This document shows, one piece after another, positions 45,883 through 60,639 of a stretch of 64,000 bases of DNA. Under the pieces are notes generated by a model, which did no database searches, was not told the DNA's origin, and saw only the letters and a list, made by a program, of their open reading frames with translations. The stretch comes from Eledone cirrhosa (Eukaryota). The stretch spans positions 2,666,001 to 2,730,000 of the forward strand of contig OZ024756.1 of the NCBI GenBank assembly GCA_964016885.1, read 5' to 3'. Position numbers and translations under genes: made by a program. Position 1 is the stretch's first letter. Each line of letters opens with the position of its first letter.

Positions 45883-45973
<91 letters not shown>

Positions 45974-46104
45974 GTGAGGTTTTTTTTACAAAATGAAAAA
46001 TAACCGAGGTGTCCTACACGAGTGAAAGTATAAAGAAAATGAGATGAAATCGAAAATGCAACTGAAGTCTTATTTTTTTTAAAAATATATATATTTAATT
46101 GGTT

Positions 46105-46250
46105 CCTTTACCGGTTTCGCAGTTCTTCTGCTTTTCAAAAGGTGAGTTGAGATGGAGGGTCTGTGGTTTTTCTCACATGTGAGAAAAACCACAGACCCTC
46201 CATCTCAACTCACCTTTTGAAAAGCAGAAGAACTGCGAAACCGGTAAAGG
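46105..46250. ncRNA. Inverted pair of U3-A8 hammerheads (46105-46142 -, 46213-46250 +)
   Basis: cctt-TTGAAAA-gcag aagaa ctgc-GAAA-ccgg-TA-aagg, inside a palindrome at ~46040-46318. Confidence 0.8.
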
Positions 46251-46350
46251 AACCAAATAAATATATATATTTAAAAAAAAAAAAGACTTCAGTTGCATTT
46301 TCGATTTCATCTCTTTTTCTCTCTCTATATATATATACATATATATACAT

Positions 46351-46393
<43 letters not shown>

Positions 46394-46487
46394 TATACAT
46401 ATACATGTATATATATTTATATATATATATATATTTATATATATATGTATATATAAATATACATATATATACATATACATGTATATA

Positions 46488-46544
<57 letters not shown>

Positions 46545-46561
46545 TTATATGTATATATATA

Positions 46562-46628
<67 letters not shown>

Positions 46629-46789
46629 GTATATATGTATATATATATATACATATGTATACCAAATATCTTGGGTGGGCCTTGATCGTGGGTGATGATG
46701 TCCTTAAAATGATCAGATCACTGATTCGTTTCGTGTGTACAGTGCTGTGTACATATCTATAGACAGTCTCTTGTCTTTCCAGGTCAGAT

Positions 46790-48520
46790 GATGTCTGTGT
46801 GGCTGTGAAGGTGTGCGTCTGTGTGTGTGTGTGTGTGTGTGGCTGTGTGAGGGTGTGTGTCTGTGTGTGTCTGTGTGTGTGTGCGAGGGGTTGTGTGTGT
46901 GTGTGTGAGGGTGTGTGGGTATGAAGGTGTGTGTCGGTGTGTGTGTGTCTGTGTTTGTGTGTGTGTGTGTGGCTGTGTGAGGGTGTGTGTCTGTGTGTGT
47001 CTGTGTGTGTGCGAGGGGCTGTGTGTGTGTGTCTGTGTGTGGCTGTGTGAGGGTGTGTGTCAGTGTGTGTATGTGTGTGTGCAAGGGGCTGTGTGTGTGT
47101 GAGCGTGTGTGGGTGTGAAGGTGTGTGTCGGTGTGTGTGTGTCTGTGTGTGGCTGTGTCTGTGTGTGTGGCTGTGTGAGGGTGTGTGTCTGTGTGTGTCT
47201 GTGTGTGTGCGAGGGGCTGTGTGTGTGTGAAGGTGTGTGGCTGTGAAATTGTGTGTCGGTGTGTGTGTGTCTGTGGGCGTGTGTGGATGGCTGTGTGTGT
47301 GGGCATGTGTGGGTGGCTGTGTGTGAGTGTGTGTATGTGGCTGTGTGTATGTGTGTGTGTGAGGGTGTGCGGCTGTGTGTCTGTGGCCGTGTTTGTGTGG
47401 CTGTGTGTAAGTGTATGTGGCTGTGCGGCTGTGTGTGTGTGGCCGTGTGTGTGTAGCTGTGTGTTAGTGTGTGTATGTGGCTATGTGTGTTTGTGAGGGT
47501 GTGCGGCTGTGTGTCTGTGGCCGTGTGTGTGAGTGTGTGTATGGGGCTGTGTGTATGTGTGAGGACAAGGGTGTGAGTGTGTGTGTATGTGTGTATATGC
47601 GAGGGTGTGTGAACGTGTGAGGGTGTGAGGGGTTATGTGGTTGTGAGGGTGTGAGGGTGTGTGTATGTGTGAGGATGTGAGGGTGGGTGTATGTGTGAGC
47701 GTGTGTGTATGTGTGAGGGTGTGTGTATGTGTGAGGGTGTTTGTATGTGTGTATGTTTGAGGGTGTGTGTATGTGTGTGGGTGTGTGTATGTGTGAGGGT
47801 GTGTGTATGTGTGTATGTGTGTGGGTGTGTGTATGTGTGAGGATGTATGTATGTGTGAGGGTGAGTGTATGTGTGTGGGTGTGTTTATGTGTAAGGGTGT
47901 ATGTATGTGTGTATGTGTGTAGTGTGTGTATGTGTGAGGGTGTGTGTATGTGTGAGGGTGTGTGTATGTGTGAGGGTGTGTGTATGTGTGAGGGTGTGTG
48001 TATGTGTGTGTATGTGTGAGGGTGTGTGTATGTGTGAGGGTGTGTGTATGTGTACGTATGTGTGAGGGTGTGTGTATGTGTGAGGGTGTGAGGGTGTGTG
48101 AGGGTGTGTGTATGTGTGAGAGTGTGTGTATGTGTGAGGGTGTGTGTATGTGTGTTGATAGATATAGAGATGAATAGATAGAGATGGGTAACAGTGGCAA
48201 ACCATGAAAATAGGACATCAATAGAGAGATAGAGAGAGGGGGAGAGATGGGGAGAGAGGGAGAGATGGGTGAGAGATAAATAGACAAGAAGAGAGAGAGA
48301 AAGGGAGGGAGAGAGCAGATAGAGAGACAGAGAGAGAAGAGAGAGAGAGAGATAGATAGAGAGATAAATAGACAAGAAGAGAGAGACAGAGAGACAGAGA
48401 GACAGAGAGAGAGAGAGGGGGGGCAGGGAAGGAAAGATAGAGAGACAGAGAGATAAATAGACAAGAAGAGATAGAGATAGAGAGAGAGAGAGATAGAGAG
48501 GGAGAGAGAGAGAGAGTGGT
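46790..48520. repeat. (GT)n and (GA)n compound low-complexity tract
   Basis: Direct inspection. Confidence 0.95.
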
Positions 48521-48739
48521 GTATGTATGAACAAAAAGAAAAGAAAACAAAAAAGGAAAAACGACACACCCGTACACACAATGGCACGTACACACACAAA
48601 TATATATATATATAGATATATACATATACACATGCAAATATACATATATACATACATACTCACGTATATACATACATATATATATATACATATATACATA
48701 CCTACATATATACACACATATATATATGTATATATATAT

Positions 48740-49805
48740 ATGGTGGCTGCCAACTCGTTTTCGAGTACGGCCACTACTTTATATCCATGTAGGAGAACCT
48801 CTACCGATGCGTTGAACGAGTGTGACTTTTTAGTCCAGCCAGCGACTTGAAAACTCTGGTACAAACACTACACTTATGACAATTATTGACACATAGTGCT
48901 GGGCCCATGGTACCATGTGACGACAAGTGCAGAGAGATCTCCAGATATAAAGCAATGCCTGTGCCGTGAAGCTTTTATAGTGAGCAAAGGCACTGCACAA
49001 AGCCAGTCCCACTCTCTTACCAAAAAGAAAAGCAAGTCAACATCATTGGATACCATCAGGGTTGCAGGTGTTATATCAGAGTTTTCTTTCTCTTAGAATT
49101 CTGCCTTGACAAAGGCTAAGGCGTCATCTATATTGGTATGTATACATATATGTATACATATACATATATGTATGCATACATATATACATATATATATGAT
49201 GATGGTTTCCCCCTCGTTATCGAGTATGGCCATTGCACGATGTACTATTATTAATAATTATTAATTAATTCTATAGTGCCATGCCTGTGCGTGAAGATAT
49301 TTTTTTAAGTGATGAAAGACTGTGCACTGAGCCAATCCCACTCTGAGCAACACTAGCTATAAACCGAAAAGAAGAAAAGATCAACATCATCGGTAACTAC
49401 TAAGCCGCAGGTTTTTTATCGGAGTAATCCCAGTTTCCTTCTTCTAGAAGAATGCCCTGACAAAGGCTAGGGTCCTTCACACCCAGTGGTTTAACCGCGC
49501 GATCGGGTGTCCAGCCCGATTATTTCTATGTCCCCGCGCATATACATACACATGCACCCATGTATATACACATATACATACACATACATATGAACATACA
49601 TATTTACACACTTTCGGAGGCCGTTGACTCTTATGAGTTCTTCCGCCCTTTGTCAGGTTTTGTTTTTTGTCCTGCAGGGTGTCCAAAATCACCCTCCTCA
49701 CCAAGTAAACTTGGTGGGGTTGCCGGTTTAGTCGCCGACGACCCGACATTGCGACAGGTTGTACTTGGTTACATGTTACCAGGAGCACTCAAGAGTGACA
49801 CGACA
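48740..49805 (-). mobile_element. Two non-autonomous RTE-derived elements (48740-49130; 49200-49805)
   Basis: Homology to 10003-10613. Confidence 0.55.
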
Positions 49806-50408
49806 TACACATATATACATACATACATATATACATATACGCATGTATACATACATACATATGTACATATATACACACACTTACATACATACATACAAAG
49901 ATATTTACATACATACATATATACATACACACGTATATACATACACACAAACATATTTACATATCTACATACATACACGCATACATATATACACACATGC
50001 ATACACACATGCATACACACACATACACACACATACATACACACATACATACACATACATACCTACACACACACATATATATACACACAGTTGATGTCTC
50101 AATTCCAATGAGAGAGATTTGGTTCTCTGTTAGAAAGCACTTATCTCTGTTGGTGAGAAATTAAAATAAAATATTTCATACGCAATAAATTATACACTCG
50201 TCACAAACTGATGAACGGAATACACATACATGATGTATATACACATAGGTCTTCATCTACACACTGTACATATTCCTATATGAGTCTCGGCTGAAACATT
50301 CATGAGCTGACCAAGATACTCTCATGGAATGACCAAATGAGGTTCATTTTTCAATATAGTCCTTAGAAAGAAAACGTGTAGTTATTAATAAGAAGAGTTG
50401 AAAATAAT

Positions 50409-50586
50409 TATTTCTACTTTTGGCACAAGGCCAGCAATTATCCCAGTGCATTACTGGTACTTTATTTTATCGACCGCATAAGGATTAAAGGCAAAGTTAA
50501 CCTCGGCGGGATTTGAACTCAGACCATAAAGGGCCGTAACTCTATGTTGCAAAGCATGGCGTCCGACCCTCTACCGATACTGCCAA
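50409..50586 (-). mobile_element. tRNA-derived SINE fused to the Tx1-like fragment
   Basis: A and B boxes; the SINE head is cut at the A box where the LINE sequence joins. Confidence 0.85.
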
Positions 50587-51715
50587 GATAGAAATAAAAA
50601 TTCACCCCCCCCCCTCCGAGGGTCACTCGTGGTGAAAACCACACAAAAGACCACGGTCACCATGACCACCAGGGCAAGCGCCCTCTCTCAGTTTTCCCAC
50701 TCCTCAGTCTACAGGCGCATACTCAGAGCGGGCCCGTTCACTCGGACCAGACTCGCAACTTTCACTCACCTTTCAACACACTTACTAGAAGACAGCACTT
50801 GCCTCTCCACCCTGATTTTCCTCTTCAAGTGAAATTTGAAAAAGTTAATCAGGGATTGGCCGGAGAGGAAAGTGTCCGTCTTCAACCCTTTCAGCCTTGT
50901 CCACCACACAATCTCTTTCGCCATGGGCCCCAGGCTGAAAGTTCTCTTGAAGAGAGCGAACAGCTGATCGTCTTCGACGCCCAGAGTCTCCCCGAGAACG
51001 TCGTCGGTCTTCCCCTCCACTAGCCCTCTATAGAACGCCGAGGTAGATGTTCCACCGATACTAGTGCCCAGCTGGTAGAGGGCGGTGAGCGCTTGGAGAC
51101 ATTCCAGCTTCCAAGCGCTATCCCTCGGTCTTTTCCTGATCCAGGATTGCAGCTCCGTCAAAGAGACGAGCTGAGGAAAAACACGTCTGGCAAACGGCGA
51201 CCACACCTGTTCACCGTCAAGGAAGCACCAGAGCTGATGCAGCCTCAGCGCATGTTTGCGCATCATCAGCCACGGCATGCCTAGTCCTCCACGCAACTGG
51301 CGTTGACAGCAGATGGATCGTCTGATCATAGGAGCACGTCCCTTGCATAAAAAGCGGAAGAGAAGGTGCTCCATTTTGGTTAGAGTTGGGCGGGGGGCAA
51401 GGTACGACGGTCAGGCGGTAGCAGATGACGGACGCGATGTACGCATTCGCCACCTCCACCCGACCTTTCAGAGACAGCCTTCTCTCGGTCCATTTCTGGG
51501 TGAGAGAGGCCACCCTGCTCGTACCCTCGCTCCAGTTTTTCTCAATCTGGAGATCCGGACCGAACCAGACCCCGAGCAATTTAACCGGTCCTTCCGTCCA
51601 ACGGCCCACGACGCTGTCGTTCGGCATAGACATGCCTCTCCAGGTGCCGAGTTACAAGCCCACCGACTTTTCCGGGTTTATCTTTGCTCCTGTCACCGCC
51701 TCGTATTCCTTTAGG
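50587..51715 (-). mobile_element. Tx1/L1-like LINE ORF2 3' fragment (frameshifted)
   Basis: VKLLGVWFG..NWSE..W..RRLSLKGR..YRLTVVPCP, then GGLGMP and KEIVWWTR. Confidence 0.85.
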
Positions 51716-51729
51716 GAGTTGAAAATAAT

Positions 51730-52045
51730 GCAAGCAAGATTTCACAGCTCTAACATCATTCCTTCATATGCTGGCAAAGATACTCTCATGGAATGACAAA
51801 ATGAAGTTTATTTTTCAATATAGTCCCTGGAAAGAAAGCGTGTAGTTATTGATAAGAAGAGTTGAAATTAATGCAAGCAACATTACACAGCTCTAACATC
51901 ACTCCTTCGCAACCTATGACCAAGATACTCTCATGGAATGACAACATGGGTTAATTTTCAATATAGTCCTTGGAAAGAAACGATGCATCTATCAATAAGA
52001 GGAGTTGAAATTAATGCATGCAAGATTTCATAGCTCTAACATCGC
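51730..52045. repeat. ~155-bp diverged tandem repeat, possibly mariner-end derived; first unit at 50278-50408
   Basis: caagatactctcatggaatgac...tcaatatagtcc..gaaagaaa repeated 3 times. The mariner resemblance is from recognition only. Confidence 0.55.
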
Positions 52046-52451
52046 CACTTCATTGACAACCTTTGTATATTACGCACACGCACACACAAATGGATCTCTG
52101 TCGATTTCGACGATGAGTGTTCAAGTTTTTCCAACAACGGAATATGATATTACCATCCAAATTCACATTGTTATTTTTGTGGTTGTTGTTTAACCCCAGG
52201 TCAATCTTACTCAAGCCATGGAATCAGGACTGCTTTAAAATATTATTCCGATAAATCATACAGAAGAGTAATGGGCAAACAGCGGCACATTTGGCTTTCT
52301 GAATGCGGCACACTACTCGATGTAGAGGTTCACGTGTGGTCAAATTATTTGCCAGTATTTAGTGCTAAGTGTCGAAGCAAGACACTATTTTAAAATCAGT
52401 TAGCCAGCTAGACAGTCCGTCATGCACTGGCTCAGATTCGATTCCGTTCGC

Positions 52452-52493
<42 letters not shown>

Positions 52494-52497
<4 letters not shown>

Positions 52498-52792
52498 TGT
52501 ATAATAAACAATACAATATAATTACCTCATTACCAGAGGTTTCCCGAATAAGACGAATACGAAAAAAACGTCCTCATTCGTTCGTCGGACAAGGCAATAT
52601 AAAACATAGTGAAATATTTGGAAAGTCTCCTCAATAAATGCAAAAAAAAATATCTTGAGGAGACTTTCCAAATATTTCACTATGTTTTATATGGCCTTGT
52701 CCGACGAACGAATGAGGACGTTTTTATCGTATTCGTCTTATTCGGGAAACCTCTGGTAATGAGGTAATTATATTGTATTGTTTATTATACAT
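52494..52792. ncRNA. Inverted pair of hammerheads with C4 core (52525-52594 -, 52695-52764 +)
   Basis: ccttgt-CCGACGA-a cgaatgaggacg..cgtcttattcg g-GAAA-cctctgg-TA-atgagg. Confidence 0.8.
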
Positions 52793-52867
52793 TAAATTTT
52801 GCTCTGGTACTTATATAGAGCACTCTTCACTCCTATCACTTTTTCAATTCCAACGGAAACTTCAATA

Positions 52868-52983
<116 letters not shown>

Positions 52984-53037
52984 TATATATATATTTATAT
53001 ATATATTTTTTTATATATATATATATATATTTTTTTT

Positions 53038-53135
<98 letters not shown>

Positions 53136-53388
53136 GTGTTGGATGCTTAAAGCGTCCGTGTGCGGTAGGCCGTATGAGCACTCGATGCTCTCATAGAGCA
53201 GAGTATGATATCACAGAAAAAAAGAGAATCATCTGCTTCGTAGAATCAAGACGTATCTGAGGGTCTTGCGATTTTCAGAGTCAGGTTCGATCATCACATC
53301 GATCGTGCCTCGTGCTGGTCGCCAGAGAAACGATTGTAATATGTCGAATAAATTCCATTTGTCGCAACACTGATTCTCTTTTTTATCT

Positions 53389-53464
<76 letters not shown>

Positions 53465-53586
53465 CGAGCTGAAGATCCGCTAAGATGAAACAATTGTTCT
53501 CGGTATGGTGAACTAACTGGTGCATTACTATATAAACATATATATATATATGTATGTGTGTATGTATGTATGTATATATGTATGTA

Positions 53587-53710
<124 letters not shown>

Positions 53711-53789
53711 GGCTGACTGAATGCATGTGCTTTTTTCCGTTCCTTCTTTGTTCTCTATCTTTCTATTTCATCTTCCATTTCTTATTCTC

Positions 53790-53825
53790 TCTTCTGATGA
53801 AGGACTGGTGTCCGAAACATTAAGA
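53790..53825 (+). ncRNA. Minimal hammerhead (stem III probably decayed from aacgtt)
   Basis: tctt-CTGATGA-a gga ctggtg tcc-GAAA-ca-TT-aaga. Confidence 0.6.
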
Positions 53826-53952
53826 TTCTTTTCCTACTATATCAAGCGTTAAACTAATATATTTCTTTATTGTACCGTGTCCTTTACTTCGTTGTTTCTG
53901 TTTACCTTTTGCACACACCCACATACATATATACATATATACAAATACATAC

Positions 53953-54002
<50 letters not shown>

Positions 54003-54006
54003 ATAT

Positions 54007-54093
<87 letters not shown>

Positions 54094-54272
54094 ATGTAGA
54101 AAAGCTTCTACAGGATTAGAACTGTTTCATTCGTGAGACATCATCAGGATTTTTCTCACGAATGAAACAGTTCTAGTCCTGTAGAAGCTTTTCTACATTA
54201 AATATTTATGCTCTGCTTTGTATTGAGTACCTTACTGACTGTGGTTATATATATAAGTTATAAACTTATATA

Positions 54273-54338
<66 letters not shown>

Positions 54339-54672
54339 AAAGTTTTATTTAAGATTGTTGGGTTACAACGAGTAAATTGTTTAATATCGTATATATATAT
54401 ATATATATCCAGTGAATTTCCGACCGATAATGTTTGATTATCATGGATATGTCTTTATTTATAAAACATACTTTGTATTTTATTTGATGAAAGCGCACCA
54501 ATGTTCTCTTGGTTGCCTTTGACATATGTATAATAAAATAAATATGGTTTTATAAATATAGTTTCCATTTATTTAATGTCTTGGTATATTTACTCCACTA
54601 AACTGTTGATTGCTCTAAATCAGTTATAAGCATTTATGTTTGTCGGAATTCCAACAAATTAAATGCAAATTC

Positions 54673-54731
<59 letters not shown>

Positions 54732-54813
54732 GTTATTCCGGGTTGAATCGGAGGTAACCACAGTAAGTAAGGTACTCAATACATTGCAGAGTATAACAAT
54801 TTTAATATAGATA

Positions 54814-55043
54814 AGATTCTACAGGTCTAGAACTGTTTCATTCTTTAGAAATCATCAGGAATCTCGGTATCAAAAAATAAATATGTAAAATATATAAAAT
54901 AAATATATAAAATATACAAAATATATAAAAAATAAATATACAAAATATATAAAAAATAAATATATAAATACCATACTTATTTTTATATACTCAGATTCCT
55001 GATGATTTCTCAAGAATGAAACAGTTCTAGTCCTGTAGAATCT
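54814..55043. ncRNA. Inverted pair of canonical hammerheads (54814-54864 -, 54993-55043 +); related cassette at 54090-54245
   Basis: agattc-CTGATGA-t ttc tcaa gaa t-GAAA-cag ttctagtc ctg-TA-gaatct. Confidence 0.88.
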
Positions 55044-55066
55044 CATCTATATTAAAACTATATATA

Positions 55067-55140
<74 letters not shown>

Positions 55141-55567
55141 CATATATATATATAAATGTGTATATGTATATGTGTGTGTGTGTATGTGAGTGTGTCGTGA
55201 TGTGGATGTGTGTACATTTATATTATTTATATAAATTATATGTTCACAAAATGACTTCATTGTCTAAGAAACCCAAAATAGTTTAGAGTAGAGAAAACAG
55301 CGGTGGTTCCTCAGACTGAGGCTTTAACTGAACATTTCAATATCTCAAAAGTTAACGCTGTAGTGACATTCGCTTGGACAGTAAACACTGTTGTATTGTT
55401 GTTTAAAACAGATCACATACATTCATTCTCTCTCACTCTCTCACTCTCCCTCTCTCTCTCACACTCCCCTTCTCTCTCACACACACACTCTTTCTATTTC
55501 TCTCTCTCTCAAAATACCGCGGCGATACGCGGAGTCACACTATCAACAATTAGCACAAAAAAACACA

Positions 55568-55610
<43 letters not shown>

Positions 55611-55788
55611 AGGATGAATATAAAATGAAAGTGCTTTTTTTAAAAAGGAATTTATTAGGTATTGACATATGTTTCTGTAACAGACGGAATACCTATGTAT
55701 CGCTGCTTGCGTAATCATTTAATGTTAGCAAGTATTCGATAGCAAATGTATAATCAGTTGTCACTTCTTCAGAGATTTTGGATAAATT

Positions 55789-55833
<45 letters not shown>

Positions 55834-56206
55834 AACATATATGTTTATGTGTATGTATGTCTGTGTATATATATATAAGTAGTAACACAACAGTTAGTTC
55901 ACCATACCGAGAACAATTGTTTCACCTTAGCGGATCTTCAGCTTGTACTGGTCATGGTTATACTGAACAGGAAGAACAACCGTATGAACGCGCATGCGCA
56001 GAAACGGTCACTTCACCCAAGCGATACAAAGCCATGGGCGAAAGGTGTAAGGGAGATAACTGCAATAGTCCGGAAAAGATGTTCGAGTAGATAAGAAAAT
56101 TAGAATGTTGTTGTCATTAAATCCGGCGCTTTGTAGTTAATCAAGAGGTGTTTCCAGACATGTGGACAACGTGAGAAGATTTCATAATTTGATTTTAGGT
56201 AATCAC

Positions 56207-56242
<36 letters not shown>

Positions 56243-56636
56243 ATTCCCCTTGCAGTACGTACAATCTGGACACTCACACACACCTTGGTCTTATGCCAAT
56301 ACTATATATCATTTCACACCTTTTATTATTAAGGTTTTTTGATGTTCTATTGAGAGAATCGTTTTTACTGAAAATATCGAATAATGTACACCATTTTTAC
56401 CAATATCACAAAAATACTGGTCCACCCACACACACACACACATATATACACATACACACACATATATACACACACACATACACACCCGTACATTAACATA
56501 CAAAGAGACATACACACACACACACACTTCTCCGTATAAGACAAGAGCTGAAAAATATCTTTTAACATATTAAAATATCCCCCACACACGTACAGACACA
56601 TTCCTACTGACCATCCCTCTACCACGAATTACTCTG

Positions 56637-56707
<71 letters not shown>

Positions 56708-57480
56708 TCTTAATAGGCATTTGAACTGTCAACAGTCTGCGGTCGCACACACATCCCTCACAACAACGAACCTCTTTACTACTACTACACACACACACAT
56801 ATTTGTCTTGAAAGACTTATTTTTCAGTGACTTCTCAATCAGCCGAGACAAACCTACTTTTGGCGCAAAATCAATTTTTAACATTCACATTACCTCTACC
56901 GACCAATCAAAATTGTTTTGACCACAATACTTTTTTCATACATCTGGAGCCACTTTTTTTTACATAAAACAGGTAGAATTTCCAAAACTAATCAGATTAG
57001 GACATTTAAATAAATCTAAAGTAAAAGACTAATTGTCAACAATATCTTTTTCATTTGCATTCTTTATTCTATGTCCATACCTGCATTGTTTTGGCTTTAT
57101 TATACATATCCAAACATTTATATATATATATATATACATACATAAACACAAAGGGGCCGATCAGTCACTCTATATTCCAGAAGATATCATATATTTTCAC
57201 TAGCTCTGACAGTTGGCAGGTAAGCAGTATACTGTATTGATGAAGGGTAATTACCCACAAACATTAGTGTCTGCAGTTGTGTTTACATGCCAACACAAAA
57301 GCAAGAATGAGGGGCTCATTCTACTGACATGACTTTAAAAAAGTACCCGTTTGCATAATTGCAAACGAATCGAATATTATTATTAATATTCGAAAAACTC
57401 AGATTACGTTTATTGTATTCAGCCATGTAAAGCGATAAATTATGTGTGTGTGTGTGTGTGTGTATATATAGGGGGGGGGG

Positions 57481-57745
57481 GGGGGGCACGTGGCCTAGTG
57501 GTAAGAGTTTGGACTTACGTTCATAATGTCGTGGGTTCGATACCTGGGTTACGTGTTGTGTTCTTGAGCGAAAACAATTCATTTCACGTTGCTCCAGTAT
57601 ACTCAGCCGAAAATGAGTACCAGCAATAGCTGAGGGTTTAACTCTGCGATGGACTGGCGTCTTGTCCAGGGGGACGTCTTGTACTCTCAGTCGCTTCACG
57701 TCATGAAACCGGGATAAACACCGGCCAAATGATCCTCCTGGCTAA
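57481..57745 (+). mobile_element. tRNA-derived CORE-like SINE
   Basis: A box TGGCCTAGTGG, B box GGTTCGATACC, CORE-like tgttcttgagc segment, (caga)n tail. Confidence 0.8.
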
Positions 57746-57758
57746 GACAGACAGACTT

Positions 57759-57831
<73 letters not shown>

Positions 57832-58014
57832 CAAAAGGGATATTCAATTTGTTGGTAATTCAACAAATATAAATGTTTATAACTGATTGAGAGCACTCGA
57901 CATGTTTTCTGGAGTATAATATTCAATGATATTAAATAAATGGAAACTATATTTATAAAACCATATAATAGAATAAATATGAATTTATAAATATAGTTTC
58001 CATTTATTTAATAT

Positions 58015-58106
<92 letters not shown>

Positions 58107-58150
58107 AAGTTAAATAAAAGTCAAATGATTAAAATTTAGCTTCGTTTATT

Positions 58151-58205
58151 ACTGCTATATATATTTCAGTGACAGCCATCTTTGGCTGTGACCTCTTCAG
58201 GCAGT
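58151..58205 (-). ncRNA. Type I hammerhead ribozyme
   Basis: Minus strand: actgc-CTGAAGA-ggtc acagcc aaagat ggctgt cact-GAAA-tatata-TA-gcagt. Confidence 0.85.
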
Positions 58206-59093
58206 TTGAATTAGTATGGTATAGACAAGTACATATGTTGTTGAGGTGTATAATATTGTCAATACTCTGATATGCCCAGTTCCTTGTTGGGTTGTTATTT
58301 CACTGAGGAACTGGAGTAACCAAACCAACCTGCGCACTTCGTCGAGTGCTCCAGTCTGCATACTGACGTGTTGGTATACAACCAACATAAACTAAAAAAA
58401 AATATATATATATATATTCTGGTTGCCTGCTCAATACATAGCTTGAGCACTCCAGTGCATGTGATACTCAGTTCTGGCTTGAGATCTTATGTGATTTTAG
58501 ATGAGACATTCTTTGAAAAAACCGTCGACATAAATTGCATATTAGTTTTGGTGTAGCTTGGACTGACTGTGTATTTTGAACCTTGTATGTGCATGTAAAG
58601 GTGTGTATATTTTATATATATATATATATTTAACTGTGTTTAACTTCTCCACCTATCTTTATAATTTTTATATTGTTTTTATAAAAAACGATATTCATTT
58701 CTTATATATGTATGTTCACCGAATTCAGGGACTAGACTCCTTCTTCCTCCCGTTTGACCTGTGCGGAATTATTTCCTTGCTCACATTTCGACTAGGTTTG
58801 ATGGTCTTTATTCTTTCTCGTCCACGATTTCACAGAATTCTGGGACTTGACTCCTCCTTCCTCACTTTTCGTTGCATTACCATCTTTGATTGTTTACAGT
58901 TTCGCTCGTTCCCCTTATTTACGTGTCCCAACGACTTTCTTTAGCCGTTGCTCGCACCAACCGTAGCTATATCGTCTTTAAAGCGATGAAATACCAATGA
59001 AGGTTGGAAGATCACTGATGAAGGACTAACTTTATTCATATATATATATATATATATATCTGTATCTCTCTCGCTGTCTCTCTCTACATTCTC

Positions 59094-59142
<49 letters not shown>

Positions 59143-59242
59143 CACACACATATATATACACACACATACGTACATACATATCTATCTCTCTGTATCTCTG
59201 TATCTCTGTATCTCTCTCTCTCTCTCTCTCTCCTTCTCACAC

Positions 59243-59276
<34 letters not shown>

Positions 59277-59633
59277 TTCATGATAGATTACTGTTATATC
59301 CTCCGTCTGTTTCGACTATGGGCACTACCCTGTTCGATCAACTGAACACCAGATTAACGTGATTGCAATTCCGTATTCTACATACACTTATAACCTTAGT
59401 ATAATACATAAGTTGAATCACAGTGACACAATGACATTTGACAATTCTAGTGGTCCTTTAAAGAACAAATACAACCCATGCGTCAGTCCTATTTCACGGG
59501 ATGGTTTGGGGTCAACACGACCTTTCCGCAGAAGTTACCACAAAGTAAACCCGAACAGAGTGAATTTTTATCCGTGTTACATAAACAGGGAGTTTCATTA
59601 CAAACCTTATAGTGGAAACATGTTTGATTGGAA

Positions 59634-59899
59634 GACGTTTCGTCGAAATTCGCTTCGTCGGAAGTCGGCTATATGGCAGTTGTTTGGTCGAGAGTAGTTT
59701 TGATGAAGGAATTCTAGTCGAAAAGACACTTCGTCGAAAAACGATTTTTTAAAAACAGGTTTCGTACCCTGATAGATAAATATATATTATATTCGGTGAC
59801 GAAATAGAAAAATAAATTGTTAGTTTAAAAAATAAACCAGTGCGAGGAAAGTTCTAACGACGAAGCGTCTGTCGACGGAATGTCTGTCGACGAAATGTC
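59634..59899. mobile_element. Small MITE-like element with TTCGTCGA subrepeats
   Basis: Ends gacgtttcgtcga / tcgacgaaatgtc are inverted; several ~15-bp-spaced subrepeats on each side. Confidence 0.6.
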
Positions 59900-60301
59900 C
59901 TTGAGGACTATTGAATATTCTTTGGCAATTTAATTCGATGAAACATTAATTAGACAAGGTAAAATAATCTGTTTTGAGTTTTGTCTTTGTGTGTGTGTGT
60001 GTGTGTGTATTTTTGTGTTTGTGTGTGTGTATTTGTGTGTTTGTGTGTTTGTGTAATTATATATTATACTCCCACACTAATATAACTATGTGTGTGTATG
60101 TGTGTTAGTTTGAGTGTGTATGTGTGTTAGTGTGAGTATGTATGTGTAATTAATTTCGTATATACACACGAAAATGAACATATTCAGACATATATATATA
60201 ATGAGAGATCGTATGTAGTTAGATAGAGAGAAAAATACACATCTATATGTATGTATGTATATATATATATGTATATATATGTGTGTATATATGCATATAT
60301 A

Positions 60302-60412
<111 letters not shown>

Positions 60413-60639
60413 CTGTATATAGATATAACTCAATATATACATATATATATACACACATATATACACACACAAACACACACACATATATATATGTATATAT
60501 ATACACACACATATATATATGTCTATCGACATTCAATGCAGGGGTGGAGACAGTCATTCCTTATCTCATCATGTTCTTATCTTAACATCAAAACTATAAA
60601 TTGTGTTCACTGGGAGAATCTCCCAACATGACCTAACTA

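Noticed and set aside
53240-53305. HHR-like motif on the minus strand (also ~29760-29815 and 59014-59030)
   Set aside because: Core or stem I is broken or truncated, so not counted as supported ribozymes.
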